Notes: generated by a model not told the origin, from the letters alone. A stretch of 48,690 nt of DNA from an uncultured bacterium (GCA_964494755.1 CAZBTL010000002.1:1-48690); one strand, 5' to 3'. Counted from the first letter of the stretch, positions 27,165 to 37,611 are shown. Program-made: numbers and translations.

Positions 27165-29114
27165 ATGAAAACTGGGTTACAAGCTTGGAAACTGGCTGTG
27201 ATGACAGCGGTGGGTTGCGGGATTACCCATACGGCATCTCCCGCGATCGCCGTGCAGTTTGACCAGATGGAAATTGACCAGAACCGGGTCGTGGCGATCG
27301 CGGCCCCGATTGGCAACGGTAGGTCCCATAAACTGATTATCCTGGAGCAACTCAGTGATGCCCGTGAATGCTGGCGCGAACGTCCGGGTAGTCCAACCAT
27401 GATTGACCCGTTGCTGTTGGACTTTGACTTTACCAACATCTGCGGCCGCAACACAGACAGTAATCAGTTTTCCGTCCGAGTTGGCGGTGAGGATTGGAGC
27501 TTGCGCTACGGTCTGCGGATCGTCCAAAAAGGTAACGACCTGGTCCTGGTTGCCTTTTCCAATCAGAACCGCAGTCTGCCAGAAATTGAAGTGGGGCGAA
27601 CCCGAGGGCTAACAACCGGCTTTGCCAAGATTTACCTGGATCCGGGTTGGACCCTGACCCGCCGGACCTATCAGGGGCAGCCGGTTAATCACATCTACCT
27701 GACCCATACCCAGAGCTTGCCCGCGATCGCGGCCGCCACCCAAACCCCTAACCAATCATCCACAGCGTCGATTTCCCAACCAGCCACTCAGCCACCCGCA
27801 CAGGCAGCCATCGTAATTTCGGCTCCGTCCCAGGCGCTCCCCCCCACCCAGCGTCCCCGCTCCCAAAGTGTGATTACCATTCCGGTGCCACCCCCCGAAA
27901 CCTCTGGCCTCACTGCACGCCGTTCCCCATCCGCGATCGTCCCCACCAGCCCCGTTCCGTCTACCACCAGTCCTGTTCCGTCTGCCCCCTCCTCTGACTT
28001 ACCGTCAGTCGTGGTGGCCCCAACAATCTTGCAGGTGCCGTCCTTACCCCCGATCGCCGCCGCCACCGCCGCCCCTCCCCGTTCCATTCCAGTTCTGTCA
28101 ACCGACCAGTTACCCGCTCCCCCCAGCTTTGGGCCAACCGTGACAGGTGTGAGTTATCGGGTCGTTGTACAGACAAGCAGCCCACAGCAGCAAGAACAGG
28201 TGCGCCAACTGGTGCCCGATGCTTTCCGAACCACAATTAATGGCCAGGTGGTGATGCAAGCTGGGGTATTTCGCGATCGGGCCATTGCCGACGCCTTGCA
28301 ACAACGCCTGAGCCTGCAAAACCTGCCAGCCTTTGTCATCTCCAGTTCAGCGGTTAACCCACCTCCGGCTCTGCCCAGCCAAAGCAGCCGTCCCCTACCC
28401 CCAACAACAGCCAGTTTGGCTGGCTTCAACTTAATGGAGCCGGATATTTCCCAATTGTCCGGCGTTGCGCTCTGGTCTACCTATTACTATCTCCATCGAG
28501 CTGAAACCATCTCTGGCGGCAATCCTCTGTATGACATGGCGGGCAATCACTTGGGGGCCGAATTATCGGACCGGGACTGGTGTGCTGCTGCTTTGCAGGG
28601 CAGCGTCCAGATTGTCAGCGGCTCTCGAATTGTGGGCACCTTTAACTACTCCGGTCGCGGCAGAGATTTGCAGGTGGACTGTTCCGTCTACTATCCCCGA
28701 CTGAGTACCGTTGCTGCCACCAGTCGGTCTCGCTTTCAGGTCTCCAATACCCCCTTTGGCGAAGGAGTACGCGGCTATCAACTGGTGCCTTATCGCACAG
28801 TTGCCGTAGATGAATCCCTCATTCCCATCGGTTCAGTCCTCTACATTCCAGCCGCCCGCGGCATCTCGATTACCCTGCCATCAGGAGAACGGGTGGTGCA
28901 TGATGGCTACTTCTACGCCGCCGATGTGGGAGGCGCCATCCGGGGCAATCACATTGATGTCTTTATTGGGCCAGCTAAGGAAAATCCCTTTCCCTTTGTC
29001 CGCAGTACCCAATCAGCCACGTTCCAGGCTTATCTGGTGAATGATCCCCAGATTCAGAATCGGCTGGCCTCCTTGCATCGGGGCAACAGTTCCACTGCGA
29101 GCTTGCCGCGTTAG
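27165..29114 (+). CDS. Secreted DUF3747 - Pro-rich linker - SPOR - MltA/3D-domain protein (putative peptidoglycan-active enzyme)
   Basis: Signal peptide. N-terminal domain with ILEQLSDARECW...DPLLLDFDFTNICGRNTDSNQFSVR (DUF3747-like). About 170 aa of P/S/T/A linker. SPOR-like YRVVVQTSS...QAGVFRDRAIADAL. C-terminal 3D motif RTVAVD...ADVGGAIRGNHIDVFIG. Confidence 0.85.
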   Translation: MKTGLQAWKLAVMTAVGCGITHTASPAIAVQFDQMEIDQNRVVAIAAPIGNGRSHKLIILEQLSDARECWRERPGSPTMIDPLLLDFDFTNICGRNTDSNQFSVRVGGEDWSLRYGLRIVQKGNDLVLVAFSNQNRSLPEIEVGRTRGLTTGFAKIYLDPGWTLTRRTYQGQPVNHIYLTHTQSLPAIAAATQTPNQSSTASISQPATQPPAQAAIVISAPSQALPPTQRPRSQSVITIPVPPPETSGLTARRSPSAIVPTSPVPSTTSPVPSAPSSDLPSVVVAPTILQVPSLPPIAAATAAPPRSIPVLSTDQLPAPPSFGPTVTGVSYRVVVQTSSPQQQEQVRQLVPDAFRTTINGQVVMQAGVFRDRAIADALQQRLSLQNLPAFVISSSAVNPPPALPSQSSRPLPPTTASLAGFNLMEPDISQLSGVALWSTYYYLHRAETISGGNPLYDMAGNHLGAELSDRDWCAAALQGSVQIVSGSRIVGTFNYSGRGRDLQVDCSVYYPRLSTVAATSRSRFQVSNTPFGEGVRGYQLVPYRTVAVDESLIPIGSVLYIPAARGISITLPSGERVVHDGYFYAADVGGAIRGNHIDVFIGPAKENPFPFVRSTQSATFQAYLVNDPQIQNRLASLHRGNSSTASLPR

Positions 29115-29377
29115 CACAGGTGGCAGGCTAGCTAGGCGCAGAGTTGGGGATGAGTTGGGCCAATGGGGAGGATGGGGATGTTGCAGCCTAACACCGCTAT
29201 GCCTTTTAAATCGGTTGCAGGCACTCCGGGCTGTCATTACCTGGACTATTCACCAAACTGCTGACCGGAAACGCTGAACGGTTAAGAGGACACAACACAA
29301 TGGCACTGGAAAGCTGCGATCGCCCAAATCGTCTTGATACAATGGGAGACTAGCTTTCTGGAAACCATTGACCCACT

Positions 29378-30796
29378 ATGAGCAAAGGCACACTGTTTGA
29401 CAAGGTTTGGGATGCCCACACGGTTGGCGTTTTACCCTCTGGACAAACCCAGCTATTTATCGGCCTGCACCTGATCCATGAAGTCACCAGTCCCCAGGCC
29501 TTTGCCATGCTGCGCGATCGTGGGCTGAAAGTGCTGTTCCCGCAACGGACGATTGCCACCGTGGACCACATCGTGCCAACGGAAAACCAGGCCCGTCCCT
29601 TTGCCGATGACCTAGCCGAAGAGATGATGCAGGCCCTGGAACAGAACTGTCGGGACTATGGCATCACTTTCTACAATATTGGTTCTGGCAACCAGGGGAT
29701 CGTGCATGTCATTGCGCCGGAACTAGGCCTAACCCAACCCGGCATGACCATTGCCTGCGGCGATAGCCATACCTCCACCCACGGCGCCTTTGGGGCGATC
29801 GCTTTTGGCATTGGCACCAGTCAAGTTCGCGATGTGTTGGCATCCCAAACGCTGGCTCTGTCCAAATTGAAAGTGCGCCGCATTGAAGTTAACGGCACCT
29901 TACCCGATGGCGTTTATGCCAAAGATGTAGTGCTGCACATTATCCGCAAGTTAGGGGTGAAAGGCGGTGTGGGCTTTGCCTACGAGTATGCTGGCACCAC
30001 CTTTGAGCAGATGAACATGGAAGAACGGATGACTGTTTGCAACATGGCCATTGAGGGAGGGGCCCGTTGTGGCTATGTCAACCCCGATCAGGTTACCTTC
30101 GACTATCTACACGGACGGGACTTTGCCCCCCAAGGAGTCGACTGGGAGCGGGCCGTCAGTTGGTGGAAAAGCATGGCCAGCGATCCGGATGCGGAATATG
30201 ACGATGTAGTCGTATTCGATGCCGCCGACATTACACCGACAGTCACCTGGGGCATTACCCCCGGCCAGGGAATTGGCGTTAGTGAATCGGTGCCCCAACC
30301 CGCAGACCTGGCTCCAGACGAACGGGCGCTCGCAGAAGAAGCCTATCGCTATATGGATTTGCAACCTGGCAACCCAATTCAAGGCATCCCCATTGACGTA
30401 TGCTTCATCGGCAGTTGCACCAATGGCCGCATTTCAGACCTGCGGGAAGCCGCCAAGGTCGCCCAGGGACGACATGTCGCCAAAGGGGTGAAAGCCTTTG
30501 TAGTGCCTGGTTCCGAGCGAGTCAAACAACAGGCCGAAGCGGAAGGGCTGCATGAGGTGTTCCTGTCCGCTGGCTTTGAGTGGCGCGAACCGGGCTGCTC
30601 CATGTGTCTGGCCATGAACCCGGACAAACTGGTGGGACGACAGATCAGCGCCTCCTCTTCCAATCGCAACTTCAAAGGCCGGCAGGGGTCTGCTTCTGGC
30701 CGCACCCTACTGATGAGTCCGGCGATGGTGGCGGCGGCAGCCATTACTGGCCAGGTCACCGATGTGCGCCAGTTATTGAACTCAAAGCAACCTTGA
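29378..30796 (+). CDS. leuC: 3-isopropylmalate dehydratase large subunit
   Basis: Full-length aconitase-family LeuC. Signatures include [26 protein letters not shown], the Fe-S Cys ligands in IGSCTNGR and GCSMCLAMN, and [11 protein letters not shown]. Confidence 0.95.
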   Translation: MSKGTLFDKVWDAHTVGVLPSGQTQLFIGLHLIHEVTSPQAFAMLRDRGLKVLFPQRTIATVDHIVPTENQARPFADDLAEEMMQALEQNCRDYGITFYNIGSGNQGIVHVIAPELGLTQPGMTIACGDSHTSTHGAFGAIAFGIGTSQVRDVLASQTLALSKLKVRRIEVNGTLPDGVYAKDVVLHIIRKLGVKGGVGFAYEYAGTTFEQMNMEERMTVCNMAIEGGARCGYVNPDQVTFDYLHGRDFAPQGVDWERAVSWWKSMASDPDAEYDDVVVFDAADITPTVTWGITPGQGIGVSESVPQPADLAPDERALAEEAYRYMDLQPGNPIQGIPIDVCFIGSCTNGRISDLREAAKVAQGRHVAKGVKAFVVPGSERVKQQAEAEGLHEVFLSAGFEWREPGCSMCLAMNPDKLVGRQISASSSNRNFKGRQGSASGRTLLMSPAMVAAAAITGQVTDVRQLLNSKQP

Positions 30797-30977
30797 CAGA
30801 CAGCTACCTTGCCAGGATGCAGGGGCTGGGAAATTCGAATTAGATGATGGGTTCACTTTGGGAGTCGCTAAGGCTTGATTTAAATTCACAGTTTCCCTAT
30901 AGCCATTGACGGCGTTGGCTTTTGGGGCCAGCGTCATGCGGGGTTGTTTATCCTGCTAAGTCACATAAAGGCTCAGA

Positions 30978-31089
30978 CTAGTGTTCTGTCAAACCCTAAT
31001 TTTAAGGTGAACCCATTGGCTCGTAGTCGGCGCTTTAGCGCTGAAGTGCTGACTACAAACCCTAATTTCTAGAGTTGACGCTGCACTAG
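30978..31089 (-). mobile_element. MITE-like 112-bp repeat, copy B (inverted relative to copy A)
   Basis: The reverse complement is identical to 490-601 except for one G/A difference in the central hairpin. Flanking sequence is unrelated on both sides. Confidence 0.75.
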
Positions 31090-31173
31090 TAGCCCCAAGA
31101 CCCACAAGGTCTGCGGGCGCTGGATTATACTCACCCTCGTTTGGTATAGAGTCTACTGATCGCCCTAATTCCC

Positions 31174-31755
31174 CTAACTGACCCTGGCTCTGGGGGTAGG
31201 ACGGGAGCGGCCCTGGCTTGGGCGGGTTACTCGGTTAGAGCCCAAGGGACGAACCGGCAAACCAATGCGGGGCAGTTCTTCCAGGCGGGACAAATCCAGC
31301 AGGGACTGCACCTCTTCCCAAAGCGATCGATCAGCCGAGTGGAGTTCAACCAGGGCCAACCCTACACCCATCAACAGAGCCACCACCGCCATGACAAACA
31401 AGGCCAGCGATGCAGGAATCAGCCATTGCAGGTTAACTAAGGCCCGCAGCGCCAGCAACAATGTGCTGGCCACTGAGAAAAATAACCCATACTGGACAGT
31501 TAGCACACTGTAATGGGTCAGGATGTGACGTCGTTGAAGCTGGCGCAGGGATTTCCGCAGGCTCACCAGCCGTTCGCCCCGCAACTCCGTCTCCCCTTCA
31601 AAGCGTTCGGCATATTGCTGGCCAGCCATCTGTAAGCGATCGCCCAATGCCAGGTGACGACTGCCCAGGCGATGCAAAAATAGCCCACAGACCAGGCTGA
31701 TCAACACCGAATTCAGAACGAGCTGGATTAATTGGGTCGTCTGCTCAACCGTCAT
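31174..31755 (-). CDS. DUF2721-like membrane protein (193 aa)
   Basis: ATG at 31755 lies 7 nt after GGAGG. Architecture is a transmembrane helix, a charged helical segment (LRKSLRQLQRRHIL), then two more transmembrane helices, as I recall for DUF2721. The family call is tentative. Confidence 0.6.
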   Translation of the reverse strand: MTVEQTTQLIQLVLNSVLISLVCGLFLHRLGSRHLALGDRLQMAGQQYAERFEGETELRGERLVSLRKSLRQLQRRHILTHYSVLTVQYGLFFSVASTLLLALRALVNLQWLIPASLALFVMAVVALLMGVGLALVELHSADRSLWEEVQSLLDLSRLEELPRIGLPVRPLGSNRVTRPSQGRSRPTPRARVS

Positions 31756-32134
31756 GCAATTTCCTCCAAAGGATGGGGCGATGCACAGAAATTTGGGCGA
31801 TCTATCCAGAAGCCGAGAAACAACCACCAGGGGACGGCGACATCCCACATGGGTGCCTAGAAGTTTAGCCTAGCTTCCGAATCTGGCATAGATCCCAATC
31901 ACAAAACATTGAAAAATCACCGGGGACTTCCAGGTATAGGTAGGGACGCACCCCCACAGGCCAACCCTAGCTCCAGCAACTCCAGTCAGCATTATACGAG
32001 TAAATAATACATTTGTATTATTTAGCGATCGCAAATTATCGCCCTTCGTGACCCAAAAATTTTGACGGAGGTTCGGTTACCAGCCCAGTCTCTAGAAAGC
32101 GGGGAATATTTCGCGAAAAATCTTCCAATCTGTG

Positions 32135-32163
32135 TTGACACAGATCCCCCCATTCGTTACTCT
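32135..32163 (+). promoter_or_regulatory. Candidate sigma70-type promoter of tRNA-Glu
   Basis: Perfect -35 TTGACA (32135-32140), 17-nt spacer, -10 TACTCT (32158-32163). The mature tRNA begins 21 nt after the -10 box. Confidence 0.45.
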
Positions 32164-32183
32164 AAGAAAGGTCAAGTCAATGC

Positions 32184-32256
32184 GCCCCCATCGTCTAGAG
32201 GCCTAGGACACCTCCCTTTCACGGAGGCGACGGGGATTCGAATTCCCCTGGGGGTA
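32184..32256 (+). tRNA. tRNA-Glu(UUC)
   Basis: GCCCCCATCGTCTAGAGGCCTAGGACACCTCCCTTTCACGGAGGCGACGGGGATTCGAATTCCCCTGGGGGTA. Anticodon loop CTTTCAC. Near-identical to the cyanobacterial/plastid tRNA-Glu, which also feeds tetrapyrrole synthesis. CCA is not encoded. Confidence 0.95.
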
Positions 32257-32312
32257 TTGAATGCTAGATAGTCAGTGAAGTAGCTCCAAAGCTACTAGCT
32301 GAGGTTAATTTT

Positions 32313-32350
32313 GTGTCTAAGCCTATTTGAAGGCTTAGACATTTTTATTT
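32313..32350 (+). terminator. Rho-independent terminator after tRNA-Glu
   Basis: Stem GTCTAAGCC (32315-32323) / GGCTTAGAC (32332-32340), 8-nt loop, followed by ATTTTTATTT. Confidence 0.65.
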
Positions 32351-32535
32351 GCACATCCATTAAATCATTTTTGGTTTACCCCCGTGGTTGCATGCGATGT
32401 CGGTCTGTGTTGGTAGAGCCAGTGCATCAAGGATGTCAAAGATGACCGAGGGCATGGGCAAGTCGGCGTAAATCCCCCCCCTTTCGGCTCAGAAATACCG
32501 ATAGAATAGAGCCTGATCATTCGCGCAGTCTTGCC

Positions 32536-34941
32536 ATGTCAGCCCTCTTATCTGCTCCGTTCTCTGCTGAAGAAATTGCGGCAGAGGGAATTAAGCCAGA
32601 GGAGTACGAAGAAATTGTGCACCGCCTGGGCCGCCATCCCAACCAAGCAGAACTGGGTATGTTTGGGGTGATGTGGTCCGAGCATTGTTGCTACAAGAAC
32701 TCGCGTCCTCTGTTGAAGCAATTTCCCACCCAGGGCGATCGCATCCTGGTCGGTCCTGGCGAAAACGCAGGCGTAGTGGATCTGGGCGACGGGTTGCGGC
32801 TGGCCTTCAAGATTGAATCCCACAATCATCCCTCTGCCGTAGAGCCGTTTCAAGGCGCGGCAACTGGGGTGGGGGGCATTTTGCGAGATATTTTTACCAT
32901 GGGAGCCCGGCCCATTGCTATCCTGAACTCCCTGCGGTTTGGCTCCCTGGAGGATGCCCGCACGCGCCGCCTAGTCAATGGGGTGGTGGCCGGCATTGCC
33001 CACTATGGCAATTGTGTAGGCGTGCCCACTGTGGGCGGGGAGGTTTATTTCGATCCAGCCTATTCCGGCAATCCGCTGGTTAATGCCATGGCTCTGGGCC
33101 TGATGGAAACGCCAGAAATTGTTAAGTCTGGCGCTAGGGGCATTGGCAACCCGGTGTTGTACGTCGGCTCTACGACCGGTCGGGATGGCATGGGGGGAGC
33201 CAGCTTTGCCAGTGCGGAATTGAGTGACGACTCCATGGATGACCGGCCCGCAGTTCAGGTGGGCGATCCCTTTCTGGAAAAATCGTTAATTGAAGCCTGC
33301 CTGGAAGCCTTTAAGACCGGGGCTGTGGTTGCAGCTCAGGATATGGGAGCTGCTGGCATCACCTGCTCCACTTCCGAGATGGCGGCCAAGGGCGGCGTGG
33401 GCATCGAGTTGGATCTGGATCGGATCCCAGTGCGCGAAAATGGTATGGTGCCCTATGAATTCCTCCTGTCCGAGTCTCAGGAGCGCATGCTGTTTGTTGC
33501 AGAAAAAGGGCGTGAACCAGAACTGATTGAGATCTTCGAACGCTGGGGTCTGCATGCAGTGGTGGCTGGCGCCGTGATTGAACAGCCGCTTGTCCGCATC
33601 CTGTTCCAGGGACAGGTAGCCGCAGAGATTCCTGCCACCGCCCTAGCCGACAATACCCCTATTTACCATCGACAGTTGTTGGCCGAGCCCCCCCTCTATG
33701 CCCAACAGGCCTGGGCCTGGCAAGCTGACTCCCTGCCCCCCTGCGCGATCGCGGGCATCGAAGTTGCTGGCGCCCCTCACACCTGGACTGAGATCCTGCA
33801 GCAATTACTGGCCAGTCCCACCATTGCCTGTAAGCGTTGGGTCTATCGGCAATACGATCATCAGGTGCAGAACAATACAGTCCTGCTTCCTGGCGGAGCA
33901 GATGCGGCGGTGGTACGGATCCGGCCGGTAACGGAAGCCTTGCCCTCCGCGCCAGCGGTCCAGAAGGGGGTCGCCGCCACGGTAGACTGCAATGCCCGCT
34001 ATGTCTATCTCAACCCCTACGAGGGGGCCAAAGCAGCAGTGGCAGAGGCAGCCCGCAACCTCAGTTGTGTCGGAGCCGATCCCCTGGCGGTCACCGACAA
34101 CCTGAATTTTGGCAGTCCAGAAAAACCCATTGGCTACTGGCAACTGGCGGAAGCCTGCCGGGGACTGGCGGAAGCCTGTCGGGAATTGCAGACTCCGGTC
34201 ACGGGGGGCAATGTCTCGCTCTACAACGAAACCCTGGATAGTGAAGGCAATCCCCAACCGATTTATCCCACGCCGGTGGTTGGCATGGTCGGTCTGATTC
34301 CCGACCTGACCAAAGTGTGTGGCCAGGGGTGGCAATCTACAGGCGATGGCATTTACCTGCTGGGACTGCACCTAGAAGCCCGCCAGGAGCAGGATGTGGC
34401 AAAAGCCGTAACACTAGGTGGGTCAGAATATCTGGCCCTGATCCATGGTCTGGTGGCCGGACAACCACCCACGGTCAACTTTGAATTGGAACGGCAGGTG
34501 CAGGCCGTTTGTCGAGCGGGCATTCGTCAGGGATGGATTCAGTCAGCCCACGATTGCGCCGAAGGAGGTCTGGCTGTTGCCCTGGCAGAATGTTGCCTTA
34601 GCGGTGGCCTGGGGGCGGAAATCGTTTTACCCATTCGGCATCAGTTCCAACCCGGCTCCCTAGCCCATCCCCTGGCTCGCTGGGATACCTTGCTGTTTGG
34701 CGAAGGCGGCCCCCGCATTCTGGTGTCAGTCGCTCCTACCCGCCAGGCCATCTGGGAGTCCTATTTGAGCCAACACCTGGGCCATGACTGGCAACGCCTG
34801 GGAACTGTGGGTGAGGCATCGGATCCATTGAAGATGGTGACGCGGGATAACCAAACCTTAATTGAGGCTAGCCTGGCCGCAATGGGCGATCGCTGGTTAA
34901 GTGCCATAGAGTCAGCTCTCTCACAATCCCCTGGCCAATAG
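32536..34941 (+). CDS. purL: Phosphoribosylformylglycinamidine synthase subunit PurL
   Basis: Full-length PurL (801 aa). Signatures include [38 protein letters not shown] and GGNVSLYNE. Confidence 0.95.
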   Translation: MSALLSAPFSAEEIAAEGIKPEEYEEIVHRLGRHPNQAELGMFGVMWSEHCCYKNSRPLLKQFPTQGDRILVGPGENAGVVDLGDGLRLAFKIESHNHPSAVEPFQGAATGVGGILRDIFTMGARPIAILNSLRFGSLEDARTRRLVNGVVAGIAHYGNCVGVPTVGGEVYFDPAYSGNPLVNAMALGLMETPEIVKSGARGIGNPVLYVGSTTGRDGMGGASFASAELSDDSMDDRPAVQVGDPFLEKSLIEACLEAFKTGAVVAAQDMGAAGITCSTSEMAAKGGVGIELDLDRIPVRENGMVPYEFLLSESQERMLFVAEKGREPELIEIFERWGLHAVVAGAVIEQPLVRILFQGQVAAEIPATALADNTPIYHRQLLAEPPLYAQQAWAWQADSLPPCAIAGIEVAGAPHTWTEILQQLLASPTIACKRWVYRQYDHQVQNNTVLLPGGADAAVVRIRPVTEALPSAPAVQKGVAATVDCNARYVYLNPYEGAKAAVAEAARNLSCVGADPLAVTDNLNFGSPEKPIGYWQLAEACRGLAEACRELQTPVTGGNVSLYNETLDSEGNPQPIYPTPVVGMVGLIPDLTKVCGQGWQSTGDGIYLLGLHLEARQEQDVAKAVTLGGSEYLALIHGLVAGQPPTVNFELERQVQAVCRAGIRQGWIQSAHDCAEGGLAVALAECCLSGGLGAEIVLPIRHQFQPGSLAHPLARWDTLLFGEGGPRILVSVAPTRQAIWESYLSQHLGHDWQRLGTVGEASDPLKMVTRDNQTLIEASLAAMGDRWLSAIESALSQSPGQ

Positions 34942-35221
34942 ATGAACTGGCGGGTTTTCAATAGTGCTTGGTTTAAGAAATTGCTAGGATGTAACTGTTT
35001 GTTGAACAATATAAAGAAAAGATTAACGTCTGGTAGAAGTCGGGTTAATATCCTGCATCCCAGCTAGTTAGTTGTTTGGAATAATTGGCAAACCGCCCCC
35101 CAAGAACCTACTGCCATCGCCTCTCCGGAAGTGTGCTGGAACTTGTCAACAACTAGAGTAGCTGAGGGATGGAGCCGGAATTTGTTCAATGTGCCTGTTT
35201 TGTAACCTGGAGCCCACGATA

Positions 35222-36748
35222 ATGATGCCTGACGACGCCTTGCCGCTGGAACAGTCCTTGGATGAAACTACCGTTCTGGAACGACCGGATAAGCCCGAGG
35301 AAGCCTGCGGCGTTTTTGGCATATATGCACCTGGGCAGGATGTCGCCAAGCTGACCTACTTTGGCCTGTACGCCCTGCAGCATCGCGGCCAGGAGTCTGC
35401 TGGCATCGCCACCTTTCAGGGCAAGCAGGTTCGTCTTTATAAGGACATGGGGCTGGTCTCCCAGGTCTTCAACGAATCCATTTTGAAAGACCTAATTGGT
35501 GATCTGGCCATTGGCCATACCCGCTACTCCACAACCGGCTCCAGTCGAGTGGTTAACGCCCAACCAGCCCTAGTGGAAACCCGTCTGGGCCCCCTGGCTC
35601 TGGCCCACAATGGCAACCTGGTCAACACCGCAGCATTGCGGGAAGAACTGTTGCAGCGGAACCACAACCTGCTGACAACCACAGATTCTGAGTTAATTGC
35701 TCTGTCCATCGCAGAAGAAGTCAACAACGGCAAGGATTGGCTAGAAGGGGCAATCAGCGCCTTTCGCCACTGCCAGGGCGCCTTCAGTTTAGCGATCGCA
35801 ACTCCCGCCGGTGTTATTGGTACCCGCGATCCCAATGGCATTCGCCCATTAGTCATTGGCACCCTGCCCCGTCACACAGACGCAGAACCCATCCGCTATG
35901 TTCTGGCGTCCGAAACCTGCGGACTGGATATCATTGGAGCCGATTATCTGCGGGAGGTGGAACCAGGTGAACTGGTCTGGATCACGGAAGACGGCATGGC
36001 CTCTTTCCATTGGGCACAACAAACCGAACCCAAGCTTTGCATCTTCGAAATGATTTACTTTGCCCGTCCCGACAGCGTCATGCACAGTGAAAGCCTTTAT
36101 AGCTATCGGCTGCGGATTGGCCGGAAACTGGCTGAGGAATCACCAGTGGAAGCGGATATTGTTATTGCCGTACCCGATTCGGGAGTGCCAGCGGCGATCG
36201 GGTACTCCCAAACCTCGGGCATTCCCTATGCGGAAGGTCTGATCAAAAACCGCTATGTCGGCCGCACCTTCATCCAGCCCACCCAAAGCATGCGGGAATC
36301 GGGAATCAAGATGAAACTGAACCCGCTCAAGGATGTCTTGAAGGGGCAACGGGTGATTCTGGTGGATGACTCGATTGTTCGGGGCACAACCAGTCGAAAA
36401 TTGGTGAAAGCGCTGCGGGATGCAGGGGCTGTCGAGGTTCACATGCGCATCTCCTCCCCACCCGTGACTCACCCCTGCTTTTATGGCATCGATACCGACA
36501 ATCAGGACCAACTGATCGCTGCGACTAAGTCAGTAGCTGACATTGCGGCCCAAATTGGCGTGGACTCGCTCTCCTATCTCAGTTGGCAAGGCATGCTAGA
36601 AGCCACCCAGGAAGATCCCCAACATTTTTGCTCTGCCTGCTTTACGGGTAACTATCCCATTCCCGTTCCAGAGCCGGTCAAGCGATCGAAATTGATTCTG
36701 GAAAAGGTGCCAACCCGCGAACCAGCCCCAACCGCTGGATTAGCCTAA
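35222..36748 (+). CDS. purF: Amidophosphoribosyltransferase
   Basis: Propeptide then the catalytic Cys in EEACGVFGI, RGQESAGIA, HTRYSTTG, PRTase motif VILVDDSIVRGTT, and C-terminal Fe-S Cys residues. ATG at 35222 lies 9 nt after GGAG. The track start at 35189 is an alternative. Confidence 0.95.
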   Translation: MMPDDALPLEQSLDETTVLERPDKPEEACGVFGIYAPGQDVAKLTYFGLYALQHRGQESAGIATFQGKQVRLYKDMGLVSQVFNESILKDLIGDLAIGHTRYSTTGSSRVVNAQPALVETRLGPLALAHNGNLVNTAALREELLQRNHNLLTTTDSELIALSIAEEVNNGKDWLEGAISAFRHCQGAFSLAIATPAGVIGTRDPNGIRPLVIGTLPRHTDAEPIRYVLASETCGLDIIGADYLREVEPGELVWITEDGMASFHWAQQTEPKLCIFEMIYFARPDSVMHSESLYSYRLRIGRKLAEESPVEADIVIAVPDSGVPAAIGYSQTSGIPYAEGLIKNRYVGRTFIQPTQSMRESGIKMKLNPLKDVLKGQRVILVDDSIVRGTTSRKLVKALRDAGAVEVHMRISSPPVTHPCFYGIDTDNQDQLIAATKSVADIAAQIGVDSLSYLSWQGMLEATQEDPQHFCSACFTGNYPIPVPEPVKRSKLILEKVPTREPAPTAGLA

Positions 36749-36766
36749 ACTTCAGGAGCTATCATC

Positions 36767-37028
36767 ATGGATCTGGCTAAGGCTCAGACCGCCCAGAAAC
36801 TAGCGGCGACCTTTGCTGGTGAGTCGGCAGCCAACCGGAAAAATAGCTCTTCTTTACTAAGGTTGTGGAGATAGCGGCCCGCTGCCTGGAACTGGCGATC
36901 GCAGGCGAAACCTTGAATACATCACCATGGCTCCTGAGTTGGCAGCCCAGGTAATCCTCGATCGGGCTGCGGCCTCCGCAACCGAATTTTCCGGTCAGGC
37001 CAATGTGGCCGACGGGTCAGCCAGCTAA
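36767..37028 (+). pseudogene. Degraded rubrerythrin-like gene remnant
   Basis: An SD (AGGAG) followed by ATG opens MDLAKAQTAQKLAATFAGESAANRK, matching the rubrerythrin N-terminus (..T..NL..AFAGES.A...Y), and stops after 35 codons. Other frames downstream read KVVEIAARCLELAIAGET and EYITMAPELAAQ, resembling the second diiron helix pair (A.AGE..E...MYP). At least two frameshifts and an internal deletion are implied. Confidence 0.4.
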
Positions 37029-37033
37029 CCCAC

Positions 37034-37231
37034 CTATTGGATGTTGGCAACCCGGAAACCCATCTCGCACTCATACTGTTCCGGTTGTTGTTCCGCCATC
37101 TTATGCAAAGCATGACCACACCGGAGCCGACCACCAGACCAACGCGGCTGCCCACTTTGGTCAGCTAACAAACAGGTCTGACAAACGTGTTGGGGGGAGA
37201 TGAGCTGATTGTCCATCAGGATGACGAGCAT
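37034..37231 (-). CDS. Cys/His-rich 65-aa ORF with a strong Shine-Dalgarno sequence (possible zinc-ribbon protein)
   Basis: GGAGG lies 7 nt upstream of the ATG at 37231. It encodes ...HVCQTC-x17-CGH...YEC. No confident family assignment. Confidence 0.35.
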   Translation of the reverse strand: MLVILMDNQLISPQHVCQTCLLADQSGQPRWSGGRLRCGHALHKMAEQQPEQYECEMGFRVANIQ

Positions 37232-37611
37232 TAAGCACCTCCAGTGAACTGCCAATTCCCTGAGACTATTCTATGTCAGCTTTCCCCGGACTGGGGATCG
37301 CTTGCACACAGCTTAATATGCTCTGCGAGCAGCAACCGTGACGAATGTTTCAATTTGATCCAGTCGATCATGTTTTCAGCAGCAACTCAGTGCCCCTAAA
37401 AGTTAGGCCGTTACTGTGAAGACTGGATAAAGCTCTAGCAGAACTGCTGAGAATTCCATCAGAGGATGGAAGCTGTCGCGGTAGCATAAATTTAGGTTAG
37501 GGTGTACTTGTTTAGTTCGAACAGTTGCCTTCCCTGTCCAGAGTGTTAGGATGACCGATTCTCTCTGGCTTTATTTGTTCTGACATGATTATTGCTTAGG
37601 GGTTTGTAGGT

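Noticed and set aside
30797-31173. Claim that leuD was deleted downstream of leuC by the repeat element
   Set aside because: leuC and leuD are not always adjacent in cyanobacteria, and no leuD fragment is visible in any frame here. The claim is not supportable from this window alone.
32001-32024. NtcA-binding site interpretation of the AT-rich palindrome
   Set aside because: NtcA sites are GTA-N8-TAC. Here GTA and TAC are separated by 5 nt (GTAAATAATAC) or occur in the wrong order, so the geometry does not fit.
32062-32271. 69-aa + strand ORF
   Set aside because: It contains the tRNA-Glu(UUC) gene and its promoter, so it is not coding.
37260-37611. Possible riboswitch (ZTP/pfl, THF or glycine) in the 350-nt region upstream of glyA, and likewise upstream of purL (32350-32535)
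   Set aside because: I could not find the conserved cores I remember for these classes, for example the CCGCCTGGGC-type 3' element of ZTP. A covariance-model scan (Rfam/Infernal) would be decisive, and I cannot run one.
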